From Piromyces finnis finn (taxonomy: Eukaryota > Fungi > Neocallimastigomycota), in the NCBI GenBank assembly GCA_002104945.1, contig MCFH01000068.1, positions 1-64,000 on the forward strand: 64,000 nucleotides of DNA, written 5' to 3'. The notes below the pieces were generated by a model. It was not told where the DNA came from. It did not search any database and worked only from the letters and a program-made list of their open reading frames with translations. The position numbers were made by a program, and so were the translations under genes. Position 1 is the stretch's first letter. Each line of letters opens with the position of its first letter. Of the stretch, positions 47,078 through 59,902 are shown one piece after another.

Positions 47078-50000
47078 TGTAAAAGGTTTTATATATATTA
47101 GTTAATAAGTTAAATATAAAAAGTTAACTAAGTTTGTTATTACCTCTCTATACGAGTTAATAACTAAATAAAGTTTTATAAAAAATAATAAAAGAACTAA
47201 AATAAATATTATAACACAAAAATAAATATATAACAAATAAATATTAATATGAAATATTATCTACTTAAATAATTGTTTATAATTATTATCTTTTATTTAT
47301 TAGTTATAATTATATACATTAATTATTATTATAGCTATTAATTTACTTTAATACTAACGCTAAAGTATTTAACGTTAGTTTTAACTATACTATTTAACTA
47401 TATTAGTTTATTTTCTTTACCACTTGATTGGGTAAAGCAAATAAACTTCCTATTTAATTAATAACCATTAATATATGGTTATACATATATCTGGCCAATA
47501 AATGGTGACCAGAATATATGGTTTCAATTGAAATATTTGTGGGCAAACTTATGGCCACAAATATTTCTTACAATGCCCCCCTAAGGAGAAAACCTAGGCA
47601 GGGTTTTGGACACTAACCATGAATTCCTGGTAGCATTTATCTTGAAATTCCTTGAGTAACTTATCATAGTGGGAGTTCTTGTCAATGATATCAGCATCAA
47701 CCCACTCTTGCCTAAAGTCACTAAAGGTAGCTAAGTATTGGTAGTTATCCTTCTTTCTTCTGGCATTCATGATTTTGATGATTTTCTGGAAACCTTCTGG
47801 AGCCGGTGTTAGTTCTTCTGGTTTATTGTGGTATGGTTCTAACTCACTGATATGAAACACTGGATAGACGTTAGGGAAAGGAGATTTACTAATGTCTAGG
47901 TGGTAGTTAATCTTGTTTTCATCAATACCAATAACCTTGAAGGGACCGTACTTTCTTGCTTGTAGCTTGTAGAAGGGAAGAGGGTTGTAATTTTCTGGTT
48001 TTCTTAACCACACCAAATCCATGAGCCTAATTTTAGGGTAGTTAAGTTCTCTTCTATGTTTCCAAGTGGTCTAAGAACCGTGTTCTTGATATGTCCAGCA
48101 TGTGCTTTAAGTTACCTAAGTTGTGAGCGAAGCTATCTAATATAGGAGCTTCGCCAAGTGAGTGGACAAGTTCTGAGTCTTGAGGGTTCATATGTACCTG
48201 GTAGTTATACAAGGCTAAGAATGGAGACTGCTTAGTAGAACTGTGCACTGCATTATTATAACAGAACTCAGCTAAGTACAAGTACTTCAACCATTCGTCG
48301 TCATCAAAGGTCTTCACAAAGCACCTAAGGTACATACTTACGTAGGAGTTGTTACGTTCTACCTGACCAACTGTTTCATGATGGCCAGTAGTAGCAAGGT
48401 TTACTTCTACGCCAAAGAACCCCATAATGTCCTTCCACAACTTACTAGTGAACTGGACACCACGATCCGTAGTAACCGATTTGGGACAGCCATGTAACTT
48501 GAATACATGTTGTAAGTATGCTAAGGCTGTTTCTTTAGCAGTAGGCATACTCCTAAATCCCACTAAGTGTATCATTTTGGTTAACTTATCGCTACAAACC
48601 ATGATACAACCTCTTCTAGTGACTTCTGGAGGTTCTGAGGGACTACTACCTGGTTTTCTGCGTTCCTTAATAGGTAGGTCCGTCAGGAAGTCAATTTCTA
48701 CTTCTTGCCAAGGTAAGTCTGCAACTTTTACCCTAGCAGCGCTACCGTACGGCCTGTGTCTGTTGTCCTTTTGGGTACAACATATGGTACAAGCTTTAAT
48801 ATATCCCGCAATGTCATCCTTCATTTTTGGCCAGTAGTAGTTTCTGGCTATCAGGTCATAAGTTTTATCTTTTCCCAGATGACCTGCTGTTTCACTATCG
48901 TGGTTAAGTTTTATGATTGTTTCCCTTAACACCTTTGGTACATATGTACGTTCTGGTGCATCCTTTCTAACAATCAACCCATTAACCATCAACCACTTCT
49001 TTTTGATGAGCTTGTGGCCTCTTTTTGCGTCAAGACCATCTCTAATTTCCCTAGCAAGCTCATCCGTGTTGTAAGCTTGTTTCAATTCTCCCACGAAGCT
49101 TACTTCTAACACCGCATAGCACTCTTCTTCCACGGGTGGAAATTCTTTTACCTGTTCAGGTCGAAGGAGGCTAGCTTTTTCCATCTCCAGTTGTACCTGT
49201 TCTGGAGATACCATTCTTGATAGGATATCGGCTCTACCATTCATTTTTCCTGGCCGATATATTATTTCGAAGTTGTATGCAGCAAACAGCTCTTGCCATC
49301 TTGCCTGTCTTGCTGTCAACAACTGTGGTTTTGTGGCGAACAGGAGATTCCTATGGTCACTATATACTAGGACCTTATGTTTCGCACCCATCAACAGGTG
49401 TCGCCACTCGATGAAAGCATTCCTAATAGCCAACAACTCCTTTTCTGTGATGGAGTAGTTGATTTCTGCTTTCGTAAGCTTCTTGGAATAGTAATACACA
49501 GGGTGTAGTTCATTGTCATCGCCTAGTTGTGATAATACACCGCCCACCGCGTAGTTACTAGCGTCGCACTCCACTATAAACTGACGGTCATGGTCAGGAT
49601 ATGCTAATACTGGTGGAGACAACAGCATTTCTCTTAACTTCTCGAACGCCTGGATGCGTTCTTCATTCCACAGGAACTGTACCTTTTTGGACGTCATAGC
49701 GTATAACGGCCTTGCTATCTTAGAGAAGTCCTTTATAAACTTCCTATAATAGTTGCAGAATCCGAGGAATGACTGTAGTTCTTTGAGGTTGGTTGGTTGT
49801 GGCCAACTTGCTACAGCTTTTAACTTCTCTGGGTCGGTTTTAATACCATATTTCCCAACTACGTGACCCAGGAATGCAAGTTCTTCCTTGTGGAACTCGC
49901 ACTTCGCTAACTTAGCTACTAGACGATTATCTATTAACTTTTGTAGGACTCTTTTTACATGCCCTACATGCTCTTCAAGTGACTTGGAGTAGATGATGAT

Positions 50001-50313
50001 ATCATCCAAGTACACTTGACAGCAGTCATTGATTTCCTCTGCCAGCACCGTATTAATGAACCCTTGGAACGTGGCAGGAGCATTAGTCAACCCAAATGGC
50101 ATCACTAGATATTCGTAATGCCCAAACTTGGTTGAGAATGCCGTCTTGTATTCGTCACCTTCACGAATACGCACGAGGTTGTAGGCAGACTTCAAATCCA
50201 ACTTGGAGAAGATAGTCGCGCCTTTCATAGCCTCGAACACTTGACTGATGAGTGGTAAGGGGAAGGAGTTACGCACTGTTACCTTATTAAGACGCCTATA
50301 GTCAATACATAAT
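47078..50313 (-). mobile_element. Element E6: 3' half of a family D chromovirus
   Basis: 3' LTR 47078-47572 with PPT; pol nearly identical to E5, with a frameshift at ~48055; truncated in RT by LTR-A. Confidence 0.92.
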
Positions 50314-50926
50314 TGTAAAGTCGACACAAAAGAATAGATTAGGATATCTATTCTATTACAATAACACTAAATTTAAAATAAAAATAAAAATTGTTTTATA
50401 AAATATCTTTTATTATAATAGAAATTTTATTAATAACAATTACATCGATAAAATGATGAAAAATATCTTCTATTTATATTTTTCCTAAATACATTTATAT
50501 TATATTATAACTATTTATTTCTTATATATTATTATTTAAAATCTACACTAAAATCTTAATTATTAATAAATATTTAAACTATAACTATTTTTAGTAAAAT
50601 ACAATTGGCAATTCAAATTAAGTACTATTCAATTTGAATATGTGCCCATGTATTATTGATATATTAAACATTTAATAATTATATACTAGATGTCTATTTC
50701 TATTACAAAACAATACTAAAACTAGGGGTTTGAATTGAGAATTTTAATTTATTTGTTAAACATTAAAAATAAATTACTAATTTATTTTGTTTTAAACTTT
50801 AATTATTAATAAATAAATTATGTCCCATTTTCTTTTTCTGTAATATAATTCGTGTAACTTAAACAATAATATTTATGGCTTAAGTTAAATTAAAGATATC
50901 AATCTGTGGCGTTTGATATCTTTACA
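50314..50926 (-). mobile_element. LTR family A
   Basis: Homolog of 18506-19108; flanks ATAAT/ATTTT do not match. Confidence 0.9.
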
Positions 50927-52029
50927 ATTTTATTATAATAATGTAATAATTGATATATATTATAATACATTATGTATATATTAATTATAGAATTTATGTA
51001 CATATTTCATTACATTCTTAAATATTAATATTATATATATAAGTATTTATTTATTATTAAATGTAGAGTTACATTTTATTGTAATACTTATTTGTATTAC
51101 ATTACTTTTTCCTTATATAGTAATATTTCATTCAAAATGTAAAATATATTATATTCTATTTAATTATTATTATTAATATATTATGAATACATTACATTAT
51201 ATAATTGATATTCAATTATATTATAGGAATTTTATAATATAAAACTATTCATGTAAAAATAATTAATAATAAGAGAGAAGAATTTTAATAATTAATAAGA
51301 AAATATTATAAGTGAAATTATTAACGAAAAGTTACTAATAATAATAAAATATTTTCACCTAATATAATAAATTATAAATAAACTAATATTAAATTACTAC
51401 AACATAAAAGAAACATATATCATTTCTATGATCACATGATCTTACATCACATTATATAACAGCAATATTTACAATGTAACTTTTTCTGTTCGATAACCAT
51501 ATTAATAAAATTATTTATTAAATTAAATTTATTTCACAATATTTATATTATATATTATTGATAAATGGATTAGTAGTAATAATACAAATTTTTATACTAC
51601 TTCGTTATGTCACGAATACTAGTGAAATCAGCAATTTTAAGTGATCTTAAAATTGCAAAAAATTACTTTTAAAATATTAAAAAGTTATTTATTATTAAAT
51701 TTTAAAAAATATAAAAAAATATTGGTGAATGTTAAAATACTAAAAATTCAAGTAACATGACCTTAACCTTTTCAGTAATTATTATAATCATATTTAACCC
51801 TTAAGGTCGTAATTTAATAACGAAAAACAATCATAATAACTTATTAGATGGTTTAAAAACCTCATTTACAAACACAGCAAGTAATAAATTTACAAAAATT
51901 AATTTTATTAATTTAAAATAAAATTATGGAATTAATGAATACATCGAACAATTTAGAAATTTCACCAGAGAATTTAATTGGCAGGATTATTTAATAACTT
52001 TACTATATTAATCTCAATCTAAAAGTTTA

Positions 52030-52323
52030 AATAAACAAATAAACATAAATGAAAAAAAAATTGGGTATAATGTATTCTAGTAATTTTAATTAAAGTAAGA
52101 AAGCCACTATTATACTAAAGTGTAATAATTGTATTTGACTTCCAATGGGATACCGAGTCAACAATCAAAATTTTGTCATTTGTCATGGAACAAAATTATG
52201 ATCTCTATTGGTTGCGTTGGCCCTCTTTGCCTGTCTTACTGTTTCTTCAGCATTGACGCTCTTGGATGTTGCTTCAAACCTTTTGAACATTGACCATTGC
52301 TAGCCAATAGCAAAAGGTATGAA
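52030..52323 (-). mobile_element. Extreme 3' fragment of LINE family A
   Basis: Reverse complement of ~2700-2985 (ORF2 end and 3' UTR). Confidence 0.88.
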
Positions 52324-53038
52324 TCGATTTTAGATTATGTTTTCATGCAATTTTATTTCACTAAAAATATTTTATTTATAGGAATCAGTAAAAATACAAA
52401 TTCCATCACTGAATTTGTAAATTTAAAATTTTAATTAAAAATTTCTATAAAAAAAATTTTTTATTTTATACAATATAAATTAAAAAATGAAAATCTTAGA
52501 TTTATAATAAATTTCTATAAAAAAAATTGAAAAAAATAGTATTTGTAATATAAAATACTCGATTTTATAAATTTTAATAAAGTCATTTTTTTACTCCTAA
52601 TTTCGAGTATATCCACTCAATAAATTTAAATATTTAATGAAAGTTTCAAAAACAGAATTAATAATAAGCAATACTTTAAAAAGTTAGATTTAACAAATTT
52701 ACTATTATATAAAAAAGATTTAAATTTATATATATTTCAGATTTTACAAAAAATTTCCTATTTTCCTAGACTTAGCACAAAAATTTAAATTTTATTATTT
52801 GAATTACATAGTTTAAATATTTTGATATTCCAATTTATTTAACAAATACACTTATTTATTACAACTTGAAAAAAAAAACTTTTATATAAATAATTTTATA
52901 AACAATTTTAAATTGCAATAATTCTATAAAACAAATTAAAATATAATAAATAATAATATATAAATATAATAAATTTAATTTTTAGATTAGATAAAATATA
53001 TTAGTACTATTATTTATAAATAATTTTAAAATGTTAAT

Positions 53039-54685
53039 TTAATATGAAGGGTTGTACTGTTTATTTTGAATATAATTAATAAGTTTTATTTCGTCTTTTG
53101 AATTTACAATGTCAATAATTTCTTTGTTTGTAGCAATACCTTCTACAACTGATTCTTTAATTACTTCAACAGCAATTTTTACACTTACTTCACGAATTCT
53201 GTTTAAACGAGGATATAATAAACCAGAAGCCCTTTCTTCATCAGTAAGAGAATTTGCTAATGCCACAGAGGAAGAATATATCATATCATCACTAATGGTT
53301 TTTGTTTGTGACAGAATAGCACCTAAACCAATTCCTGGAAATATATACATATTATTTCCTTGACTTGGGTAATAAAGCTTGTGAGAAAAAGAGTCATTGA
53401 ACGGTTGAAACATAGAACCAGAAGCAAAAATTACTCTGCATTCAGAGTTTAGCATTGCTGATTCATATGTACATTCAGAATTTTTTAATGGATTGGAAAG
53501 AGGGAAAATAATTGGATTCTTATTTAATTCAGTCATTCTCTTAATAATCTCTGGTGTAAAAGCATTTTTCATAGTACTTAAGCCAATTAGACATGTTGGT
53601 TTAACGTATTCAATAGTAGATTTTAAATCTTTGAATTGTTGACTTTTGTTATCTTTACGAGCAAAAAAAGTCTTATGTTGATCTAGTTTATCGCCACGAT
53701 CAAATGTAACAAGACCTTTTGTATCAACAAACCAAAAGTGATCACGAGCTTCATTAATAGTCATATTTCCAGCTTTAATAAAATGGTCATAAATTTGTAA
53801 ACCAACACCAATAGCAGCAGAGCCAGCGCCAAAAAATAAAATTTTATGCATTTTAAGCTCAATATTTGTTATTTTAAATGCATTTATTAAGCCAGCAAGA
53901 ATAACAGCTCCAGTTCCTTGAATATCATCATTAAACATACTGTATTTATTTTTTTGTCGTTTTAAAAGAGATAGTGCATGCTTACTAGAAAAATCTTCGT
54001 GTTGAATAATTATGTTTGGCCATTTAAATGATAATGCTGCCATAACTTCATCTAGGAAATCAAAGAATTCTAAATCCCTTGGTCGTTTTTGTTTAAGGCC
54101 AATATACATTGGATCATCTAAATTCTTTAGATTATTGGTACCAAGATCTAAGACAATAGGTAATGTACGAATTGGATTAATACCTGCAACCCCAACGTAA
54201 ATGGATAATTTCCCAATTGAAATACCCATACCATTAATACCCAAATCTCCAAGACCAAGAATACGTGAGCCATCTGTAATGACAGTAATTTCAGGATTTT
54301 CGTATGGCCAATTGTCTAAAACTTTAGAAACATTGCCCTTATCTTTAATAGAAATATATAAACCATCATAATCGACCGGATTGTAAATATGAGAAAATTT
54401 AATACAAGCTTCACCTACAGTTGGAGTATAAACAATTGGAATTAATTCTTCTAAATTGTCTATTAATAATCTGTAAAATAAAACAGAATTATTATATCTT
54501 AAATGAATTAAGTATATATATTTATCAAGGTCACTATTTTTAGATCTAACTTGCTCTAAACAACGAGTAACTTGTTGTTCAAATGTTTCAACAACAGTAG
54601 GAATTAATCCATATAGATTATTTTTAATTCTTTCATTAATTGAAAAAGAAGTTCCTATTGAAATATATTTTTCATTTATATACAT
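53039..54685 (-). CDS. Malic enzyme (malate dehydrogenase, oxaloacetate-decarboxylating), eukaryotic NAD(P)-ME family
   Basis: VYTPTVGEAC, TDGSRILGLGDLG, GKL, EDF, FNDDIQGTG, GAGSA, PLSNP, QGNNMYIFPGIGLG. Confidence 0.96.
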   Translation of the reverse strand: MYINEKYISIGTSFSINERIKNNLYGLIPTVVETFEQQVTRCLEQVRSKNSDLDKYIYLIHLRYNNSVLFYRLLIDNLEELIPIVYTPTVGEACIKFSHIYNPVDYDGLYISIKDKGNVSKVLDNWPYENPEITVITDGSRILGLGDLGINGMGISIGKLSIYVGVAGINPIRTLPIVLDLGTNNLKNLDDPMYIGLKQKRPRDLEFFDFLDEVMAALSFKWPNIIIQHEDFSSKHALSLLKRQKNKYSMFNDDIQGTGAVILAGLINAFKITNIELKMHKILFFGAGSAAIGVGLQIYDHFIKAGNMTINEARDHFWFVDTKGLVTFDRGDKLDQHKTFFARKDNKSQQFKDLKSTIEYVKPTCLIGLSTMKNAFTPEIIKRMTELNKNPIIFPLSNPLKNSECTYESAMLNSECRVIFASGSMFQPFNDSFSHKLYYPSQGNNMYIFPGIGLGAILSQTKTISDDMIYSSSVALANSLTDEERASGLLYPRLNRIREVSVKIAVEVIKESVVEGIATNKEIIDIVNSKDEIKLINYIQNKQYNPSY

Positions 54686-54763
54686 GATTATTCATATAAA
54701 GGAATATTTTTTCAGTATAAAATTTAATTGGTATTCTATTTTTCATCTATAAAATTAAATAAT

Positions 54764-55369
54764 TTAATTAATATTGAAAATATTGAATATTTTCATAATT
54801 ATTTTTATACCTTTATTTTTAAAATTTTGGTAATTTTCAAGATTATTACATTTTCGTAATAAAGAATAAATTTGTTTATTTTTTTCGTTTATTTCATTAC
54901 TATTTATCTTTGATTTTTGAATATTATCTATATTGTTTTGAATTTTTTCATAATAATTATTTTTTTCCAATTTTTCTTCATATTTGTTTATTAATTTATT
55001 GTTATTATAATAAAATCCTTCCTTTTGTATATTTATTTGATAAAATTTTAATATATTATCTATCTCTTTATTAATATTTTTATATTTATTACATTGACTT
55101 TTAAATAAAATAATTTGATTATGAAATATTTCATCATATCTTTGAATTTTATATTGTAATTCTTTTTTTTCTCTAATTTCAACTTTTAATTTCTTTTTTA
55201 TATGGTTTACTTTATTAATTTGCTTTATCAATTCATTATCATAAAAGACTTTAAATATTAAAAAAGAAATTATTATAATAATGCAAAAATAATTTAAATT
55301 AGTTATATTTTTATAAATTTTAAAATTGTTATATTTAAAATCCTTTAATAAAATTTTATTCTGTTTCAT
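54764..55369 (-). CDS. Hypothetical 201-aa protein with one hydrophobic segment and a Lys/Asn-rich coiled-coil-like region
   Basis: Long ATG-initiated ORF in very AT-rich DNA; LNYFCIIIIISFLIFKVFY; no recognised motif. Confidence 0.5.
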   Translation of the reverse strand: MKQNKILLKDFKYNNFKIYKNITNLNYFCIIIIISFLIFKVFYDNELIKQINKVNHIKKKLKVEIREKKELQYKIQRYDEIFHNQIILFKSQCNKYKNINKEIDNILKFYQINIQKEGFYYNNNKLINKYEEKLEKNNYYEKIQNNIDNIQKSKINSNEINEKNKQIYSLLRKCNNLENYQNFKNKGIKIIMKIFNIFNIN

Positions 55370-56789
55370 TTAAATTTATTATTAATAATATATTTAATAA
55401 TGATAATGATATAATTAATAAAAATATTTATTTTATATGAAAAACATTTATTATATACCATTACATTTAATTTAATTAATGTATAAAGAGAAAAAGTTGA
55501 ATATTTTAAATAGAATCATATGATCATATGAATAATATAAATTTATTTTATGTCGTAATTAATATATACATTTGGTGTATATTTATTATTTTAATTGAAA
55601 ACTTTTATTATTAAACTATTTCATTTAATATTAATTTTTATATATGTTCATCGAATTTATAATTATTATGAAAATATAAAATTAATTAAAGTACTTATAA
55701 TTAATGATATATGAAAAAATATAAATAGTTTATTATAAGATATAATAAATAGTTAATATTCAAATTATATACTAAAACAAATACACATAATTTAACTTTA
55801 TAATTAACAATAATATATAAATTTTTAAAATAGTAATTTTTAAACTTAATTTCATTGTTTGTAGTTTGGTAGCAAGAACCTATTATGTAGATATAGATAT
55901 ATAATGTTGTGTTTTTAAAAATAGATTTAACCAACATATAGAGAATTACTAATACACTACAAACTATTGTTAATAAATTATTAATTATTTTAACACATAT
56001 TTAATTTATTCTTAAATATTTTAATAATAGCTATTTAACAATATTATTTATTTATATCTTTTATTTAATTATTATAGTTACTTGCAATAATTAATATTTT
56101 AATTACTTAACAAAATTATTATTAAATTTATCTTTTTTATAAAAATGACTATTAACGTATTTTAAAAAATTAATTTAATGGAGTCGTATCAGAATATATT
56201 ATCTCAATCTATTAATTTGTTAATAAATGGTTTTTCTTGATATTTTTTTTTCTTTAATTTTATTCTATTGATAAGATTATCATAAGAATACTAAAATTTA
56301 TCATTATCTTTTTTATGTTGAAATAATTTATCTTTTATGCTTTAATATTCATTTTGAATTAAGTTGTTAATTATAATTTTAGATATTATATTTATTTTGT
56401 TTAAATGTTAAGATAAATTGAGAAATATGTACTTTTACATTTCTATATTGTTTTAATGATACTATTATTACAATTTTTATTTAAAATAGTATCATCATTT
56501 AATTAGTCGTTTAAAAAATTAATTTAATGGAGTCGTATCAGAATATATTATATCAATCTATTAATTTGTTAAAGTTATACCCATAATGATTTTCATATAA
56601 TCTTTACTTAATAGAAATCATAGACAAGACTTTCACTATTATTAACATTAATTTTATTATAATAAATAGCATGGAATTTTTTAAGTAGTTTATCATAGGA
56701 AACACTTCCTTTATATATTCAGTATTTTTATTATTTTCCAATAGTTTATGGAATTGATATGATTTAATTATATATATATTATAATTAAC

Positions 56790-57085
56790 ATTAGAAAATA
56801 ATAATGGTTTTTTGATTTCTTTAACAAATTAAAATCCATAATCTCATTAATCTCCAGGTAATATAGTTATCTTTCTCTGTTTGTGCTATAATTTCCATGC
56901 TTTAAATAGCATGTCAAAGATATGGGGAGGAAATTGTATTACTACAAAGAAATTGATTGTTACTGTTTTTTTAGAGGCAAACATATATAGTTTTGAGAAC
57001 TGAAGTATAAAACCCCATCTTTTTTCTCAGGATACCAGCCGTTAATGTTCCAACAAGTATATAAAATGAAAAAAAAGTATTAAAA
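56790..57085 (-). pseudogene. LINE APE endonuclease fragment
   Basis: Minus strand reads TCWNINGWYPEKKDGV, homologous to 6200-6420. Confidence 0.75.
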
Positions 57086-57086
57086 T

Positions 57087-57323
57087 TTAAATGATTAAAG
57101 CTGTTTTATGGGAGTCCGAGCGAAACAGGATGCTTCTTAATTGAAAGATTAATTCACAATGTTGAATAAATCCTTCAAGTTCCATGCTTTTCCCAGAGAA
57201 TTTGCTCTGGTTCCCTATCGGTAGTACGTAGTCCAGCATAAGAGGGTCCACAGAAGGTGCTTGGTTTTGTTGAGAGGAAGAAGCTGAGGCGGTAGTGAAA
57301 ATGTTGAATGGGTTGTAAGACAT
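57087..57323 (-). pseudogene. Chromovirus gag N-terminal fragment
   Basis: FSGKSMELEGFIQHCELIF resembles E4 Gag [19 protein letters not shown]. Confidence 0.7.
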
Positions 57324-57433
57324 ATTTAAAATGTTTTATTAGAAAAATAGTTTTATTAGTTTTGTAAAAAAAAAAAAAAAAAATAAATTATTATTGTGTT
57401 AAGGAAAGTCTTGTTTTCATAGAGAATTAGTAT

Positions 57434-57836
57434 TGTAACAACGCAAGAGACTCAGGTTAACACAACACTAATTAACTATTGTTTGTATTAATAGTATATT
57501 TTATTAATAATTTTATTATTTAATATTATTAATACAAATTAACCTTAATACTAATTCTAAATACTAAATTTACATGAATTTTATAAATTATTTATATTTA
57601 CTATTTATAATTATTCTTATTTAATAATTATGAATAAACATCATTCATATTGATTGGTAACTTCAATTATTCAAATAAAAAAAATAAGAAATAGAAATAG
57701 ACAAATATTATGGATTAAATATAGCGATTGCTATATTTAATCCACAATATAGAGAACCCGGAGTCGAACACATTACAAGTAGGTCAGCGTCCAACAACCT
57801 GACGGCGAAGCCAGCTTGCGGAACCCCCCCCCCAAT
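57434..57836 (-). mobile_element. Partial LTR family K
   Basis: Near-identical to 9751-10150. Confidence 0.88.
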
Positions 57837-59902
57837 TGTAAAAGGTTTTATTATATCATAGTTAATAAGTTAAATTCAAAAAGTTAATTTAGTTATTACC
57901 TATACGAGTTAATAACTAAATAAAGTTTTATAAAAAATAATAAAAGAACTAAAATAAATATTATAACACAAAAATAAATATATAACAAATAAATATTAAT
58001 ATGAAATATTATCTACTTAAATAATTGTTTATAATTATTATCTTTTATTTATTAATTATAATTATATACATTGATTATTATTATAGCTATTAATTTACTT
58101 TAATACTAACGCTAAAGTATTTAACGTTAGTTTATACTATACTATTTAACTATAATAGTTTATTTACTAAACCACTTGATTGGGTGAAGTAAATAAACTT
58201 TTTATTTATTTAATAATCATTAATATATGGTTATGCATATTTCTAGCCAATAAATGTTAACCAGAATATATGGTTTCAATTGAAACATTTGTGGGCAAAC
58301 TTATGGCTACAAATATTTCTTACAATGCCCCCCTAAGGAGGAGACCTAGGTAGAGTTTTGGACACTAACCATGAATTCCTGGTAACATTTATCTTGGAAT
58401 TCTTTTAACAACTTATCATAATGGGCATTCTTGTCAATGACATCGGCATTAACCCACTCTTGTCTAAAGTCACTAAAGGTAGCTAAGTACTGGTAGACAT
58501 CCTTTTTTCTTCTGGCACTAAGGATCTTAATGATTTTCTGGTAACCTTCTGGAGCCGGTGTTAGTTCTTCTGGTTTATTGTGGTATGGTTCTAACTCACT
58601 GATATGAAACACTGGATAGACGTTAGAGAAAGGAGATTTACTAATGTCTAGGTGATAGTTAAGCTTGTTTTCATCAATACCAATAACCTTGAAGGGACCG
58701 TACTTTTTTGCTTGTAGCTTGTAGAAGGGAAGAGGATTGTAGTTTTCTGGTTTTCTTAACCACACAAGGTCCATAAGCCTAATTTTTGGGTAGTTAAGTT
58801 CTCTTTTGCGGTCTAGGTGGTCTAAGAACCGTGTTCTTTAGATGTCCAGCATGTGTTTTAAATTGCCTAAGTTGTGTGCAAAGCTATCTAATATTAGAGC
58901 TTCACCTAACGAATGGACAAGCTCTGAGTCTTGGGGATTCATATGTACTTGGTAGTTATACAAAGCCAAGAATGGAGACTGCTTAGTAGAGTTGTGTACC
59001 GCATTATTGTAGCAGAACTCTGCTAAGTACAAATACTTCAGCCATTCGTCGTCGTCGAAAGTCTTCACAAAGCACCTCAAGTACATACTAACGTAGGAGT
59101 TATTGCGTTCTACCTGACCCACTGTTTCATGATGACTAGTAGTAGCAAGGTTTACTTCTACACCAAAGAATCCAATAATGTCTTTCCACAACTTACTGGT
59201 GAACTGAACACCACGGTCCGTAGTAACTGATTTAGGACAACCATGTAACTTGAATACATGTTGTAAGTATGCTAAGGCTGTTTCTTTTGCAGTAGGCATA
59301 CTCTTAAATCCCACTAAGTGTATCGTTTTGGTTAATTTATCACTGCAAACTATGATACAACCCCTTCTAGTGACTTCTGGGGGATTTGAAGGATCACTAC
59401 CTGGTTTTCTTCGTTCCTTAATAGGTAGGTCCATCAGGAAGTCAATTTCTACTTCTTGCCAGGGTAAGTCTGCAACTTTTACTCTAGCAGCGCTACCATA
59501 CGGCTTATGCCTATTGTCCTTCTGAGTACAACATATGGTACAAGCTTTAATATATCCCGCAACGTCATCCTTCATTTTAGGCCAATAGTAGTTTCTTACT
59601 ATCAGGTCATATGTCTTATCCTTACCCAGATGACCTGCTGTTTCGCTATCGTGGTTAAGTTTAATGATTGTATCTCTTAATACCTTTGGCACATATGTGC
59701 AATCCGGAGCATCCTTCCTTAAAATCAACCCATTTATTTCTAACCACTTCTTTTTGATGAGCTTGTGGCCTCTCTTTGCGTTAAGGCCTTCTTTAATTTC
59801 CCTTGCTAGCTCATCAGTGTTGTAAGCTTGTTTGAGTTACTCTACAAAGCTTACTTCTAACACTGCATAGCACTCTTCTTCCATGGGTGGAAATTCCTTT
59901 AC
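57837..59902 (-). mobile_element. Element E7: 3' part of a family D chromovirus (E2-like subtype)
   Basis: 3' LTR 57837-58324 with PPT; integrase ORFs 58346..58774 and 58838..59728; truncated by LTR-A. Confidence 0.92.

Noticed and set aside
51880-51990. Short coding-like patch (INEYIEQFRNFTREFNW)
   Set aside because: Probably a decayed gag remnant following an LTR-like start (TGTCACGAAT, 51608). It is too short to call.
55701-55937. 78-aa ORF
   Set aside because: Low-complexity AT-rich translation with a non-ATG start and no motif.
56160-56572. ~63-bp direct repeat at 56160-56223 and 56510-56572
   Set aside because: No termini, TSD logic or coding context; most likely a local duplication.
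1426-59525. Numerous 60-140 aa ORFs antisense to or overlapping RT/pol genes
   Set aside because: They are shadow frames of TE coding sequence with no independent motifs, and they recur only because the TEs recur.
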